A stretch of 64,000 nt of DNA from Cenarchaeum sp. (GCA_963693095.2 OY843768.1:1472001-1536000); one strand, 5' to 3'. Shown: positions 1 through 10,479, counted from the first letter of the stretch. The notes: generated from the letters alone by a model not told the origin. Made by a program: numbers and translations.

Positions 1-1577
1 TGCGCAGAGCCCGCAGTGACCATCGACGTCCCGACATATATGGCATCAATTGCACCATCGACAATGCTGTCATCGTCATGGTCCATGGACCAGTCACCAA
101 TCTCGATCGTTCCGGACACTGCAGGAGTGAACGTGACGACTGTCATAGTCGCCGTCGCAGTCCGTGCGCTAAACGGGATCGTGTACGTGGCCTGGTGCGT
201 GAGCGCCTCTCCCAGCGTGTTGGGCGTTGGGGACGCCGCGTCGCGCACGCCAGTCGAGAACGTCAGCGTCGGCGAGCCCTCCCTGCGCTGCGGCACGACG
301 TATGCCACAAGCTCGCGACCCTCGGACTTTACGCCGGTGATCATGTACGGCGCCGAGATGGCGACCCAGTCCAGTGACGCGCTGCCCAGCGGCTCGCTGA
401 ACGTGGCGGTGACCTGGAGGCCATACGCGTCAAACCCGTGGGACACCAGGGTAGGCGGCGCGCCATCACGGGCCATCACGGGCAGAGCGCCAGTCGAGCC
501 CACGCGCAGCGTGCCGTCCTGCCCGCCGCTCAGGCCGCCAGAGGCAGGGGCGGTGTACGAAACCTCGGGCGTCGAGGCAGTCGAGCCAAGCTCGCCATGG
601 AATATCATGAGCGTCGAGCGCGCCGACTGGCCGGGGATGGCAAGGGATTCAGAGCCTGCCGTGCCGACTCCCGTGACGGCAATGTCTGGCGCCGACGAGC
701 CGCGCTCGCCAATGCCCCATTCGCCAGGCTCGGTGGTTCCCGAGACCGGCCTGTCAAACGTGATTACAGTCGATGTCCTCGTCGACGTCTCTGCCGTGAA
801 GGCGATCGACGCGGTGTATGACGCCGAGACGGTCTGCGCGGCCGGCGCGTTGCCGGCCCTGTCCCTGATCTTGGATGGCAGCCTTATCGTGTGCTCTACG
901 CCCTGGGCTGCATCAGAGGCTAGCGTGAGCGTGATCCTTGACTGACCCAGCTGGACGACGTGCGGTGCCGAGCCGTCAAGCTCCACGTCATCTGTGCCCA
1001 CAGTGACGCCGTACTCGTAGCGATAGACGCGCTGGGAGAACTGCAGGGCCTCATCAAAGGCGAGCACGATCGTGTCAGCCGCCGTGAACTGTGCAGTTGC
1101 GGTGGGTCGCGTGACGTCGATGGTTGGCAGGAGGAGGCCGACGTTCTCTGGAAGGTTCTGCGCAGGCGTGATGGTCATCCCCTGCTCGCCGGGCAGCGTT
1201 ATCGTGAACGTGAACGCCGAGCCTGCAGTTGGCATCAGACTCCCGGCTACGACATAGTCATGGTACCATGTCGAGTCGTTGCCATCACGATCGTACATCG
1301 TCGCATCCGTGACGCCGGTGATCTCGCCTCCGGCGATCGTTATCGTCGGTGGCGAGTCGATTCCCGCATCAAGCCTAAGATACGTGCGGATTGTGTCGCC
1401 AATGCCAGCGTATGACTTGTAGTCGCCGATCTTTTCGAGGCCCACTCGCGGCGGAACTGGATCAAGAACCGAGAACGTCAGCGATATCGTACTCGGCTCG
1501 GCGTGCGCACCACCATGCGCAAGGGTGGCGAGGAGCGCGGCGGCCATGACGCACACAACTGTCATGCTGCCGTTCAT
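1..1577 (-). CDS. Large secreted/surface protein with tandem Ig-like repeats (partial, continues past window start)
   Basis: Not in the ORF track. Manual translation from ATG at 1577 is open to position 1: signal peptide MNGSMTVVCVMAAALLATLAHGGAHA, then T/S/G-rich beta-strand sequence with Ig-like motifs (DVTRPT..LAFDEAL, IRDRAGN, DGAPPT..TFSEPL) and an internal repeat about 210 aa apart. Confidence 0.85.
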   Translation of the reverse strand, partial: MNGSMTVVCVMAAALLATLAHGGAHAEPSTISLTFSVLDPVPPRVGLEKIGDYKSYAGIGDTIRTYLRLDAGIDSPPTITIAGGEITGVTDATMYDRDGNDSTWYHDYVVAGSLMPTAGSAFTFTITLPGEQGMTITPAQNLPENVGLLLPTIDVTRPTATAQFTAADTIVLAFDEALQFSQRVYRYEYGVTVGTDDVELDGSAPHVVQLGQSRITLTLASDAAQGVEHTIRLPSKIRDRAGNAPAAQTVSASYTASIAFTAETSTRTSTVITFDRPVSGTTEPGEWGIGERGSSAPDIAVTGVGTAGSESLAIPGQSARSTLMIFHGELGSTASTPEVSYTAPASGGLSGGQDGTLRVGSTGALPVMARDGAPPTLVSHGFDAYGLQVTATFSEPLGSASLDWVAISAPYMITGVKSEGRELVAYVVPQRREGSPTLTFSTGVRDAASPTPNTLGEALTHQATYTIPFSARTATATMTVVTFTPAVSGTIEIGDWSMDHDDDSIVDGAIDAIYVGTSMVTAGSA

Positions 1578-1641
1578 CGTGACGCAATAGTCCTTTCGCA
1601 CTTTTTAGTGTAATTGCGCCGTGCGCACGTCGACGTCACGG

Positions 1642-4386
1642 CTATTTCCCGCTGTCGGCCCATCGCCCCAATGCGTCTCGCCGTTGCCCAATTGCGCGAA
1701 CCACGAGTAGCGGCGTGGCGACGGCGATGACGGCGATGAGTGGGGCGGCGAGCTCGGCATAGGACACCTCGGTGGATGACGACGGCGCATCGCGCAGGAC
1801 AGTCGATGCGAGCGCAGATATCTCGACGACCCCTATGCGTGCGGCCCCCGGCGCGGCATACCAGATGTTTCCCTCCGAGTCGACTGCGGTAAACTGGGCC
1901 TGCGCTCTCGGCGTCGGGAGCGCGACGCTGACGAGCTCGCCAGAGGCGTCGTTGTGAAGCCCAAGCGCATCGACTGTGTGCTGCGCAAACCACGCGTTGC
2001 GGTGCCTGTCAAAGGAGACCGAGTTGGGCAGCGCGCCTGCGTCAGTGGCCATGACACGCGTAAATGTTCCAAGGAGCGGATCAAGGCGCGCAACGCCCCC
2101 TCCCTCGGTGTGCTCAGAAACCCAGAGCCCGCCGTGCGGCCCGAACGTGAGCGTCTCGGCGGTTCGCAGGGGCGGGTCGGGGGCAAACTCGACGATCTCG
2201 CCGCTTGCCATGTCAATGCGGCCGACCTTGCCTCCGGTCAGCTCGGCAAACCACATCCCGCCGCGCGGTCCCTCGGCGAGGCCAAACGGCCGCGACTCGG
2301 GCGTCGGCGAAGCATGCGCGATGAACTCGCGCGTTGCCGGATCGTGCTCGAGGACCGCGTTCCAGTTGGGCACGCTCACCCAGACAGTGCCGTCGCGCGC
2401 AGCATGTATCCACGTCGGCGTGGCTCGCAAGCCGTCAGGCCCGAGGCCGTCGGGAATCGCAGTTGTGCCTATCGCGCGCGTCTGCGCGTCGATCGACCCA
2501 ATGAGGGCTGACCGGCTGTCGGCAAACCAGACCGTCCGGTCATCGCCCACGCTAACGATCAGCGATCCGGTTCCCTCAAACTCGTGCGCGGCAAACTCGC
2601 CGGTCTGGCGATCCAGGCTCCAGACGCGCGGCATCGACGGGTCGCTGATCCAGACCGTCTGGCCGTCGTGTGCGAGATGGAGCGGAACTGCGCCGTCTGG
2701 CATTACATGCTCGGTTATCTCTATACCGAGCTCGGAGGCCAGGGGTCGCGCAAAGGCGCCGATGCGAACCGACTCGTTTGCCGCACCAGACCGGATCGCC
2801 TCGACGTCAATGTCCCACGCGCCCCAGAACCCAAGGGTGAGCTCGCCGGTGTGCACGCCGCCGTCGTCCTCGACCTTGACCTCGATGGGTGCGATCGCGC
2901 GCTGAGGGCTAGAGACCTTTACGCGAACCTCCTCGAGGTCATCGAGTGGCTCGCCGTCGGTGCCCGTGACGCCCACGCTGATCGTGTTGGGGCCGGCGGC
3001 GAGCGGCCAGAGCGAGACGCCAAAGGCCGCGCGCGCCGAGAACTCGGTCACCTCAAGGCCAACGGGCGCCGGCGGGGCATAGTCTGTGGCCTCGCCTCCC
3101 GGAAGTGTCGTGTTGGTGAGGAGCGCCACGGCTGCCAGGAGGGCCACGCCGAGGGTCGCCTCTAGGCGCAGGGAGCGCGTGAGGCGCACGACGGCGCGCC
3201 GGGCCCCGCGCGCGATGACTGACGAGTTGTATGCGCCGATTGCCACCATGGTCGCGGCGATGGCGATCTTTGCGGCGAGGATCGCCCCGTATGTGGAGCC
3301 CACGATGGCCATGACGCTGTCCTCAAGGAGCCACATCAGCAGCGGTCCGGTTATGGCCGCCACGCCGACGCACGTGACAAATATTGCCGAGAGCGTCGGT
3401 ATGGCCACCAGTGCGGCCTCGTCGGCCCGCTCGCCGAGGCGCCTGAGGGCAGGCATGACGGCGAGGAGGAGGTATGCGACGCCCCCAATCCAGACACCGG
3501 CGATCACATTGTGCGCATAGTCTAGCACAGCAGCTCCCTCACTGCTCGCCGAGCCGTGCCCGACCATAGTCATCGTGGCCGCAAGGGCCATGCCGAGTGC
3601 CGCAAAGGCCGCAATCCACGGCCTGCTCGGGCCCCCTCGCCGCTCGGCGACAAACCATACGGCAAGCAGTGCCACAGTTATCGCCATCCTTGCGGCAATC
3701 GTGCCGCCAAACGTCGTGCCCAGCGCGTCGATGACTGAGGCCTCGAGGCGAAACGACTGCGCGGCGAGCATGAAAACGTTGGAGGCCAGGACCATGATCG
3801 CACCGGCGCCGACTAGCATCATAAAGCGCGAGTGATGAACCGACTCGGCCTCGCGCGCAATGCCCAGCGCACGCCATGTCGTGGCGGTGATGAGCATCGC
3901 GACGGCAGCCCCGATAATGACGCTCTGCCCGATGAGTCCGGGCAGGCGCGCTGCGGCCTCTGGAAGAAAGACCTGTGCGGTGGGCGCGACGGACTCGGCG
4001 GCGGCCGCATCGATCGTGGCGCCGCCGACTGCAAAGATGAACGCGCCGCCGACGAGGTGTCCGTCAACTCGCGACAGGACGCTGCTAGCAACGGTGTAAA
4101 CACCGTCATCTAGCGGCGACGTCGTGACCCTCAGGGACACGTCGCCCTCGTGGTATGCCGTGTCCCCATTGTCAACCCTGCTGCCGGCCGAGTCGTACAC
4201 CTTGAGCGAGCTAAAGTCGAGCTCGACTCCCTCAGAGTACCACACCGTCACGTGATCGGTGCCCAGCGGGGCACTAGAGAGGCGCTGCGGCATCGTCTCC
4301 TCGATGAACGGGTGTGCCCATGCCGACGGGGACATGACGGTGAGGATGGCGAGTGCGGCCAGCGCAATGACTGCCCTGTGAACCAT
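1642..4386 (-). CDS. Copper resistance CopC-CopD fusion with C-terminal Vgb-like beta-propeller
   Basis: Signal peptide followed by AWA|HP (CopC N-terminal His), YTV..SVLSRVDGH, multi-TM CopD region (GH, H..AGVWIGG), and C-terminal repeats such as VWISD, VWFAD, MWFAE, AWFAQH. Start ATG 4386 chosen over the track start 4410. Confidence 0.85.
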   Translation of the reverse strand: MVHRAVIALAALAILTVMSPSAWAHPFIEETMPQRLSSAPLGTDHVTVWYSEGVELDFSSLKVYDSAGSRVDNGDTAYHEGDVSLRVTTSPLDDGVYTVASSVLSRVDGHLVGGAFIFAVGGATIDAAAAESVAPTAQVFLPEAAARLPGLIGQSVIIGAAVAMLITATTWRALGIAREAESVHHSRFMMLVGAGAIMVLASNVFMLAAQSFRLEASVIDALGTTFGGTIAARMAITVALLAVWFVAERRGGPSRPWIAAFAALGMALAATMTMVGHGSASSEGAAVLDYAHNVIAGVWIGGVAYLLLAVMPALRRLGERADEAALVAIPTLSAIFVTCVGVAAITGPLLMWLLEDSVMAIVGSTYGAILAAKIAIAATMVAIGAYNSSVIARGARRAVVRLTRSLRLEATLGVALLAAVALLTNTTLPGGEATDYAPPAPVGLEVTEFSARAAFGVSLWPLAAGPNTISVGVTGTDGEPLDDLEEVRVKVSSPQRAIAPIEVKVEDDGGVHTGELTLGFWGAWDIDVEAIRSGAANESVRIGAFARPLASELGIEITEHVMPDGAVPLHLAHDGQTVWISDPSMPRVWSLDRQTGEFAAHEFEGTGSLIVSVGDDRTVWFADSRSALIGSIDAQTRAIGTTAIPDGLGPDGLRATPTWIHAARDGTVWVSVPNWNAVLEHDPATREFIAHASPTPESRPFGLAEGPRGGMWFAELTGGKVGRIDMASGEIVEFAPDPPLRTAETLTFGPHGGLWVSEHTEGGGVARLDPLLGTFTRVMATDAGALPNSVSFDRHRNAWFAQHTVDALGLHNDASGELVSVALPTPRAQAQFTAVDSEGNIWYAAPGAARIGVVEISALASTVLRDAPSSSTEVSYAELAAPLIAVIAVATPLLVVRAIGQRRDALGRWADSGK

Positions 4387-4437
4387 GCGTCGGCACGCGA
4401 GATCAGGCAATTTAAAGAGTGGGCCGTGCGGTGCGCC

Positions 4438-5121
4438 TCACAGGCCAAATTCTGACTTTATGTTGCGATAGAGCAGGCGCATGTTCTCGTTGACTGCATG
4501 AATCCTTGTCGCAGCCTCGGCACCGATGGCCTCGGCGTCGGCCCTCGATATTCCCCCCTTTGCGCGCGATGCGGCATCAAGCCACGAGCGAACCATCCCT
4601 GGTCCGACCTCTAGGTGAAACTGGACGCCGAGTGCGCGGCCGATGCAGAACGCCTGGTTCTCGTATGACGCCGAGTGCGCGAGGCGTGTTGCGCCATCGG
4701 GCAGGCCAAACGTGTCATTGTGCCAGTGGAATGCCGCAAAGGGGCTCTTGAATCCTGCCATGATGCCGTCCTGCGTGTCTGGCACCAGGTCGCCATAGAA
4801 TCCAATCTCGGGTTTTGGGCCGCGCCAGACGCGCGCGCCGAGCGCACGGGCCAGGAGCTGTGAGCCAAAGCATATCCCGATGATCGGAATGTCCTGATCA
4901 ACGCACGAGCGCATGAGCGACTCCTCCTCGCGCAGGTACGCCAGGTCGTCGTTTGCGCCCTCGGGGGCGCCGAGTGCCACGAGGAGCTCAAAGCCCTCGT
5001 GCGGGATGCTGCCGAGGCGCGCATCGACTGTGTGGAGCTCAAAGCCGTCATCCTCAAGGAGGCTGCCGAGGAGTCCGGGACCCTCAAGTGGCGAGTTTTG
5101 CAGCACGAGCGCCCGCGTCAT
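4438..5121 (-). CDS. Type 1 glutamine amidotransferase (GMP synthase-like)
   Basis: GICFGSQLL nucleophile elbow, WHNDTF, and GVQFHLE triad motif. Confidence 0.9.
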   Translation of the reverse strand: MTRALVLQNSPLEGPGLLGSLLEDDGFELHTVDARLGSIPHEGFELLVALGAPEGANDDLAYLREEESLMRSCVDQDIPIIGICFGSQLLARALGARVWRGPKPEIGFYGDLVPDTQDGIMAGFKSPFAAFHWHNDTFGLPDGATRLAHSASYENQAFCIGRALGVQFHLEVGPGMVRSWLDAASRAKGGISRADAEAIGAEAATRIHAVNENMRLLYRNIKSEFGL

Positions 5122-5133
5122 TGCGGCGCGACC

Positions 5134-6408
5134 CTAGGGCCATATGCCGCGGTGCTCAAAGGCCTCGACGACCCTGCCCACGGCGAGAACCATGGCGGCC
5201 TTGCGCATGTCAATCTTGTGCTCTTTGGAGAGCGCGTGCGTGTCGTTGAACCCGCGCACAATGTGCTCCTCCATCTTTTTTGCGACCTCGTCAAAGGTCC
5301 AATAGTAGCCCATGTTGTTTTGGACCCACTCCATGTACGATATGCACACGCCGCCCGAGTTTGCGAGTATGTCCGGCACGACCATTATCTTTTTGGAGTG
5401 TATGACGGGATCCGCCTCGGGCAGCGTCGGGCCGTTGGCCGCCTCGCCTATTATCTTGCAGCGCAGGCGTGATGCGAGCTTTGCGTCGATCTGGTTCTCT
5501 AGTGCCGCAGGTATGAGAATGTCGCACTTTAGCGTAAGGAGATCTTCAGTCGATATCTTTTTGCTGCCCGGAAACCCGACGACTGTTCCCTTCTTTGCCT
5601 TCCAGTCCTCGATCTTTTCCATCTTTGCGCCACTCGGGATTGATATCGAGCCTCGGGAGTCACTCGCGCCAATGACAGTCGCGCCCTGCTTTTCAAGATA
5701 CTCGCCGGCAAACGTTGCGGCGTTTCCAAATCCCTGCAGGACGACAGTCGCGCCGCGCATTTTCACCTTGAGGACCTTTGCGGCCTCACGCACACAGTAT
5801 GCCGTGCCAAGGCCCGTGGCGACGTTGCGCGCAAGGGAGCCGCCCATTGGGATCGGCTTGCCCGTTATGACGCCGGGCAGCCGGCGGTTGCCGTTCATCT
5901 TTGAGAACGTGTCCATTATCTGCGTCATCTCGCGGCCAGTCGTGTACACGTCAGGTGCGGGGATGTCCTTTTCAGGACCGATGACCTCGGATATCGCGTA
6001 GGCGAACCCGCGCGTCAGGCGCTCCATCTCGCCGGTGCTGAGCTTTTCTTTTTTCGGGTTTACGAATATTGCGCCCTTGCCGCCGCCGAGCGGGACGTCA
6101 ACGACTGCGCACTTCCACGTCATCCATGACGAGAGCGCCATGACCTCGCGCTCCATGTACTCTGCGCCGCCGGCCGGATCAAAGTACCTGATGCCGCCCT
6201 TGTACGGACCCCTGTCGTTGTTGTGCTGTGAGCGAAATCCGACAAAGACGCGAATCTTGCCGTTGTCCATGCGAACCGGTATCTTTACGCGCACTAGGCG
6301 GTTTGGCATCGCAAGGTACTCGCGAAGGCCCTTGTCATTTATCCCAAGGACATCGCACGCGTCATTGACCTGTTTGGTCGCGTTCGCAAAGGGGTCAGCA
6401 CCGGCCAT
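5134..6408 (-). CDS. gdhA: Glu/Leu/Phe/Val dehydrogenase (glutamate dehydrogenase)
   Basis: GPYKGGIRY, MTWKCA, PLGGGKG, DIPAPDV, QGFGNA, EAANGP and PDILANSGGV motifs. Start set at MAGADPF. Confidence 0.95.
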   Translation of the reverse strand: MAGADPFANATKQVNDACDVLGINDKGLREYLAMPNRLVRVKIPVRMDNGKIRVFVGFRSQHNNDRGPYKGGIRYFDPAGGAEYMEREVMALSSWMTWKCAVVDVPLGGGKGAIFVNPKKEKLSTGEMERLTRGFAYAISEVIGPEKDIPAPDVYTTGREMTQIMDTFSKMNGNRRLPGVITGKPIPMGGSLARNVATGLGTAYCVREAAKVLKVKMRGATVVLQGFGNAATFAGEYLEKQGATVIGASDSRGSISIPSGAKMEKIEDWKAKKGTVVGFPGSKKISTEDLLTLKCDILIPAALENQIDAKLASRLRCKIIGEAANGPTLPEADPVIHSKKIMVVPDILANSGGVCISYMEWVQNNMGYYWTFDEVAKKMEEHIVRGFNDTHALSKEHKIDMRKAAMVLAVGRVVEAFEHRGIWP

Positions 6409-6650
6409 GCCTGCAGGCACGCCGTGAGGGCCGTGCATATTTAAGTCTGACATGGCCAAGTCGGCCAAAAATCCCGCATAGTCTGCCACTTTGTGCGCAA
6501 TGCGCCGTCTCTGGCGTTGACTGCCCTCCAGGACCTGCCCACGTGGGCCAGGGCCGCCCAGGCACATGCCCGCCCCTATGCGGCCCACGGCTCGCGCCCA
6601 CGCCTGTGGCACTTAGGCTTAAATTGACAAGATCCGGCCATTGCGCCATT

Positions 6651-7370
6651 ATGATGGGATCACGGGGATATGACATGACCCCCACAATGTACTCGCCAGA
6701 CGGCCGCATATACCAGGTCGAGTATGCGATCGAGACCGTAAAGCGCGGCACGCTCGCAGTCGGCATAAAGTGCGATGCGGGCATCGTCATGGCAGTCGAG
6801 GAGAAGCCCCGCGCGCTGCAGGCAAACGACATCACCCAAAAGATATTCAGGGTCGACGGCCACATCGGCGTTGCCGCGGCCGGATACATCCCTGATGCGC
6901 GCGTCCAGGTCGACAATGCAAGGATGTTCTCGCAGGGCAACCGCCTGACATATGACGAGTCCGTCGAGGTCGAGACGGTCGCAAAGCACCTCGCCGACCA
7001 GTGCCACCAGTTCACGCAGTATTCGGGGGTGCGGCCCTACGGCGTTGCGCTCATCGTCGCCGGCGTGGACCAAAAGGGCCAGTCGATATACGTGACTGAC
7101 CCGAGCGGGACGTACGTCCAGTACGCCGCAGTCGCCATAGGAGCCGGTGCCGAGGAGGTCAATGACTTTTTGGAAAAGCACTATTCGTCGTCGATGAGCA
7201 TGGAGGACGCCTCTGCCCTCGCAGTCGCCGCAATCAACCTAAAGTCCGAGACGCCAGACGGGACTGACCACATAAAGATGGCCCGCATCGTCAACGGTGG
7301 CGAGCTTGCCAGGGTCGAGAACAGCGAGCTCGGCGGCCACGCCGAGGCCTCTAGGCGCTTTGGGCACTAG
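6651..7370 (+). CDS. psmA: 20S proteasome alpha subunit
   Basis: GYDMTPTMYSPDGRIYQVEYA alpha-subunit signature, plus RPYGVAL and TDPSG. Confidence 0.95.
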   Translation: MMGSRGYDMTPTMYSPDGRIYQVEYAIETVKRGTLAVGIKCDAGIVMAVEEKPRALQANDITQKIFRVDGHIGVAAAGYIPDARVQVDNARMFSQGNRLTYDESVEVETVAKHLADQCHQFTQYSGVRPYGVALIVAGVDQKGQSIYVTDPSGTYVQYAAVAIGAGAEEVNDFLEKHYSSSMSMEDASALAVAAINLKSETPDGTDHIKMARIVNGGELARVENSELGGHAEASRRFGH

Positions 7371-7397
7371 GGCACAGGTTCAAATTATGCGCCGCGC

Positions 7398-8099
7398 ATG
7401 GGCGGCTCGATGGGACTCGGTGGGGAATGGAACGACGTAATCGACGCGCTGCGCGAGATCATACCGGTATATGACAGGGTGAATCGCGCAATATCTCTGG
7501 GAACCGCCGAGCCCAACAGGAGGCGCGGCCTTGCCGGTCGCATTCACGCCGGCGACTCTGTGCTAGATGCGGGCTCTGGTTTTGGCAACATGTCGCGCGT
7601 CGCACTAGAGGAGTGCGATGGCAAGATGACGCTCACCCTGCATGACGCGCTAGTTCCCATGCTTCGCGCCGCCGGCGGGCGCCTCGGCGAACAGGTTGGG
7701 CGCTCGTGCGGCGTCTTTGAGGCCCTGCCCTATCGCGACGCGCAGTTTGACGTTGTCATGTGCGGCTATTCGCTGCGCGATGCGATAAGCCTAAGGACCG
7801 CAATATCCGAGATTCACCGCGTACTGCGCAAGGGCGGACGCCTCGTCATCGTCGACCTCGGCAAGCCCGACTCGGCGATCGTGCGCGCAGGCGTTGGCGC
7901 GTACCTGAGGGCGATTCTGCCCATAGTTGCGCTCTGCGCCGGCGGGCGCCTCGGCCTGCGCTTTGGAGCCCTATATGGGACGTACACGAGATGGCCGCGC
8001 AACTCGGAGCTGCGCAGGCTCCTCCTAGAGCGCTTTGAGCGCGTCGAGTTTGAGACGGGCCTCATGGGAGGCGCGATCATGGTCGCGGCGCACAAATGA
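7398..8099 (+). CDS. UbiE/MenG-like class I SAM-dependent methyltransferase
   Basis: YDRVNRAISLG, VLDAGSGFG, FEALPY..FDVV and EIHRVLRKGG motifs. Confidence 0.85.
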   Translation: MGGSMGLGGEWNDVIDALREIIPVYDRVNRAISLGTAEPNRRRGLAGRIHAGDSVLDAGSGFGNMSRVALEECDGKMTLTLHDALVPMLRAAGGRLGEQVGRSCGVFEALPYRDAQFDVVMCGYSLRDAISLRTAISEIHRVLRKGGRLVIVDLGKPDSAIVRAGVGAYLRAILPIVALCAGGRLGLRFGALYGTYTRWPRNSELRRLLLERFERVEFETGLMGGAIMVAAHK

Positions 8100-9262
8100 A
8101 CCGCGCGATCGCCCTAGTCAACGCGACTGGCATACTCATCGGCATAGCGTATGGCATGCACGGGCCAATACTGCCAGTCTTTGCGAGCACGACTATCGGC
8201 GCGTCATACGCCGAGCTGGGCCTCATCGGCCTCGCAAACTTTGTGCCATACATGTTTGTGCCGCTCCTCGTCGGCCTCCTTCTCGACAGGTTCAACAGTG
8301 CGCGCCTCCTTCTCGTCGGCATCGTCATAAACGCAACGGCGCTGTACCTGCTCTCGATCGCCGAGTCCGTGCCCGAGATAATGGCATACCGCGCAATGAC
8401 CGGAGTCGCGCACGCGTTCTTTTGGCCGCCGAGTGAGGCCATACTCTCAAAGTTCTCCCCCGGCGGGAGCCGTGTTGCGAACATATCGAGGTTCACCGGC
8501 CTCTTTGTCGGCGGCTTTACCATCGGCCCGCTAATCGCCTCGTTCATGCTAGCCGGAGCCGAGGGCGACGGCGAGGCGTACAGGACCGTCTTTGCCGTCG
8601 CGGCGTATGTGCTGGCCGCCGCGATGATCACGTCGATTCCGCTCTCGCGCGCTGACACGCGCGAAAAGATCCAAAAGTGGTCATTCGTCGCGTTTCGCCG
8701 GATTGCAAAGTTTCCAGAGGTCATCACGATGCTCCTCTACCTCACGGCGGCCTTTGGCATGATACTCACGATATACCCCGCGTTCCTCCACGAGCGCGGG
8801 ATTGGAGACATTGGGATCGGCATTCTCTTTTTCGTCTTTGGCGTCTCGCGCATAGTCTCGCTCTTTACGGCCGGCCGGCTAGCGCAGAGGAGGGGCCTTA
8901 CCATGAGCACGGTGACGGCGTCTATCGCCGGTGCGCTGCTCTTGTCGTTCTTTGCTGATGGCATGGTCGCCTTTGCCGCCTCGATGGTCCTCATGGGGTT
9001 TGGCTTTAGCATATTCTTCCCGCTCACGCTTGACATCGTCCTTGGCAAGGCAGGGCGCGGCGAGGAGGGCAGCATGATAGGCGTGTATGAGACGATATTT
9101 GGAATCGGCTGGGCCGCCGGACCCATCGCAGCAGGCCTCATATCGCAATACTGGGGCGGTGCGGCGCCCTATTTGGCGTTCTTTGCCGTCGGTGTCGCCG
9201 TTACTGCCATGTCCGTCATTCGTCGGCGCCAGCTCGAGCCGTCTAGGCGCGCGAATCCTTAA
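8096..9262 (+). CDS. MFS transporter
   Basis: About 12 hydrophobic segments and motif A-like GLLLDRFNS. ATGA overlap with the upstream gene. Confidence 0.9.
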   Translation: MNRAIALVNATGILIGIAYGMHGPILPVFASTTIGASYAELGLIGLANFVPYMFVPLLVGLLLDRFNSARLLLVGIVINATALYLLSIAESVPEIMAYRAMTGVAHAFFWPPSEAILSKFSPGGSRVANISRFTGLFVGGFTIGPLIASFMLAGAEGDGEAYRTVFAVAAYVLAAAMITSIPLSRADTREKIQKWSFVAFRRIAKFPEVITMLLYLTAAFGMILTIYPAFLHERGIGDIGIGILFFVFGVSRIVSLFTAGRLAQRRGLTMSTVTASIAGALLLSFFADGMVAFAASMVLMGFGFSIFFPLTLDIVLGKAGRGEEGSMIGVYETIFGIGWAAGPIAAGLISQYWGGAAPYLAFFAVGVAVTAMSVIRRRQLEPSRRANP

Positions 9263-9290
9263 TTTGGGAGGGCGCCCGGGGCGTGGACGC

Positions 9291-9626
9291 ATGGAGGGCA
9301 TTGTGCTCAACATTGGCGGGAGCGAGTGGGTTCTCATCGCGTTCGTCGCGCTCATCGTTCTCCTTGGAACGAACAGGCTGCCCGGCGTGGCGCGCCGGCT
9401 CGGAAAGCTAGCCGGCGAGTATGACAAGGCCAAAACGGAGATCCGCGGCCACGCCGAGGGCATGGGCGGCATGAGGCCCACGGCGGCAATGGGCACAGAG
9501 GCCGAAAAGCTTGACGCAATGGCCGCAACACTTGGCATAAAGCGCAACGGGCGGACTGATGAGGAGATGCGCAGGCTCATCTCCGAGGGCGTCGGCGGCA
9601 AGGCCGGTGGCAAGGCCGACGCCTAG
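9291..9626 (+). CDS. tatA: Twin-arginine translocase TatA/E family subunit
   Basis: IGGSEWVLIAFVALIVLLGTNRLPGVARRLGK TatA signature. Confidence 0.85.
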   Translation: MEGIVLNIGGSEWVLIAFVALIVLLGTNRLPGVARRLGKLAGEYDKAKTEIRGHAEGMGGMRPTAAMGTEAEKLDAMAATLGIKRNGRTDEEMRRLISEGVGGKAGGKADA

Positions 9627-10399
9627 GGCAGGTACTTGCCAGACTCTAGTCTGCCCTTTGCAAACTCGTAATACTCGGGGGCAACCTCAAAGCCGACATA
9701 GCGCCTCTTCATCAGGTTTGCAATGACTGCGACCTGCCCCGAGCCGAGGAACGGATCCATGACCACATCACCCTCGATGCTAGAGTGCTCGAGCATCTTT
9801 TCGACTAGCTCGCGCGGGAGCTTTGTTGGCGTCTTTTGCCTGCCCGTCCAGTATTCGCGCTTTATCTCCCACACGTCCTCCTTGTCGCGATAGTGCGCGC
9901 TGTGCCCGTCATCAGTCCGGTCACGCGGCCCGAATCGCGCAAATGGGTAAAAGCGGCGCCTTGATGCGCTTTTGCAGACATAGAGGCAGTGATAGTGCGA
10001 CGTGACGAACTTTTTTCTTGTGACTACGCCAAACTGGTACTTCCATATGATATGGTTTATCGTCACAAACCCCGTCTCATCGAGCGCAGTCAGCACGTCC
10101 TTTAGCCTGTTCCATCCCGAAAAGACGTACATGCTTGCAGTGTCGGCCATGACGCGGTGCGCCTGCTCCATCCATGACCGCGTAAAGCCCAGATAGTCAG
10201 CCGCGCTGATCTCGCTGTATCCCCTCATCACGCGCGAGTCGGTCCTGTTATAGTTGGCTCGCGATGGCGCAAAGTCTATCGCAAACGGCGGATCCGTGAT
10301 CACAAGGTCAACGCACGAGTCGGGCAGCCCTGCCATTCCGCGGACGCACTCAATGTTACGGATATGGGACTTGATTGCGGCGTGCGAGCGACGTGCCAT
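9623..10399 (-). CDS. Site-specific DNA methyltransferase (N4/N6, beta class), orphan
   Basis: DLVITDPPF catalytic motif before TKLP..L and VMDPFLGSG SAM-binding motif. Start uncertain. Confidence 0.9.
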   Translation of the reverse strand: MARRSHAAIKSHIRNIECVRGMAGLPDSCVDLVITDPPFAIDFAPSRANYNRTDSRVMRGYSEISAADYLGFTRSWMEQAHRVMADTASMYVFSGWNRLKDVLTALDETGFVTINHIIWKYQFGVVTRKKFVTSHYHCLYVCKSASRRRFYPFARFGPRDRTDDGHSAHYRDKEDVWEIKREYWTGRQKTPTKLPRELVEKMLEHSSIEGDVVMDPFLGSGQVAVIANLMKRRYVGFEVAPEYYEFAKGRLESGKYLP

Positions 10400-10479
10400 G
10401 CGTGGCGTGCGGGCGGCGTGCGCTATATCAACTAGGCGCGGACATCGTGCCTTTCCGCCTTTTCTTTCCGGGATCGCGC

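Noticed and set aside
16-1415. Plus-strand ORFs 16-945 and 960-1415
   Set aside because: Antisense shadows of the minus-strand surface protein.
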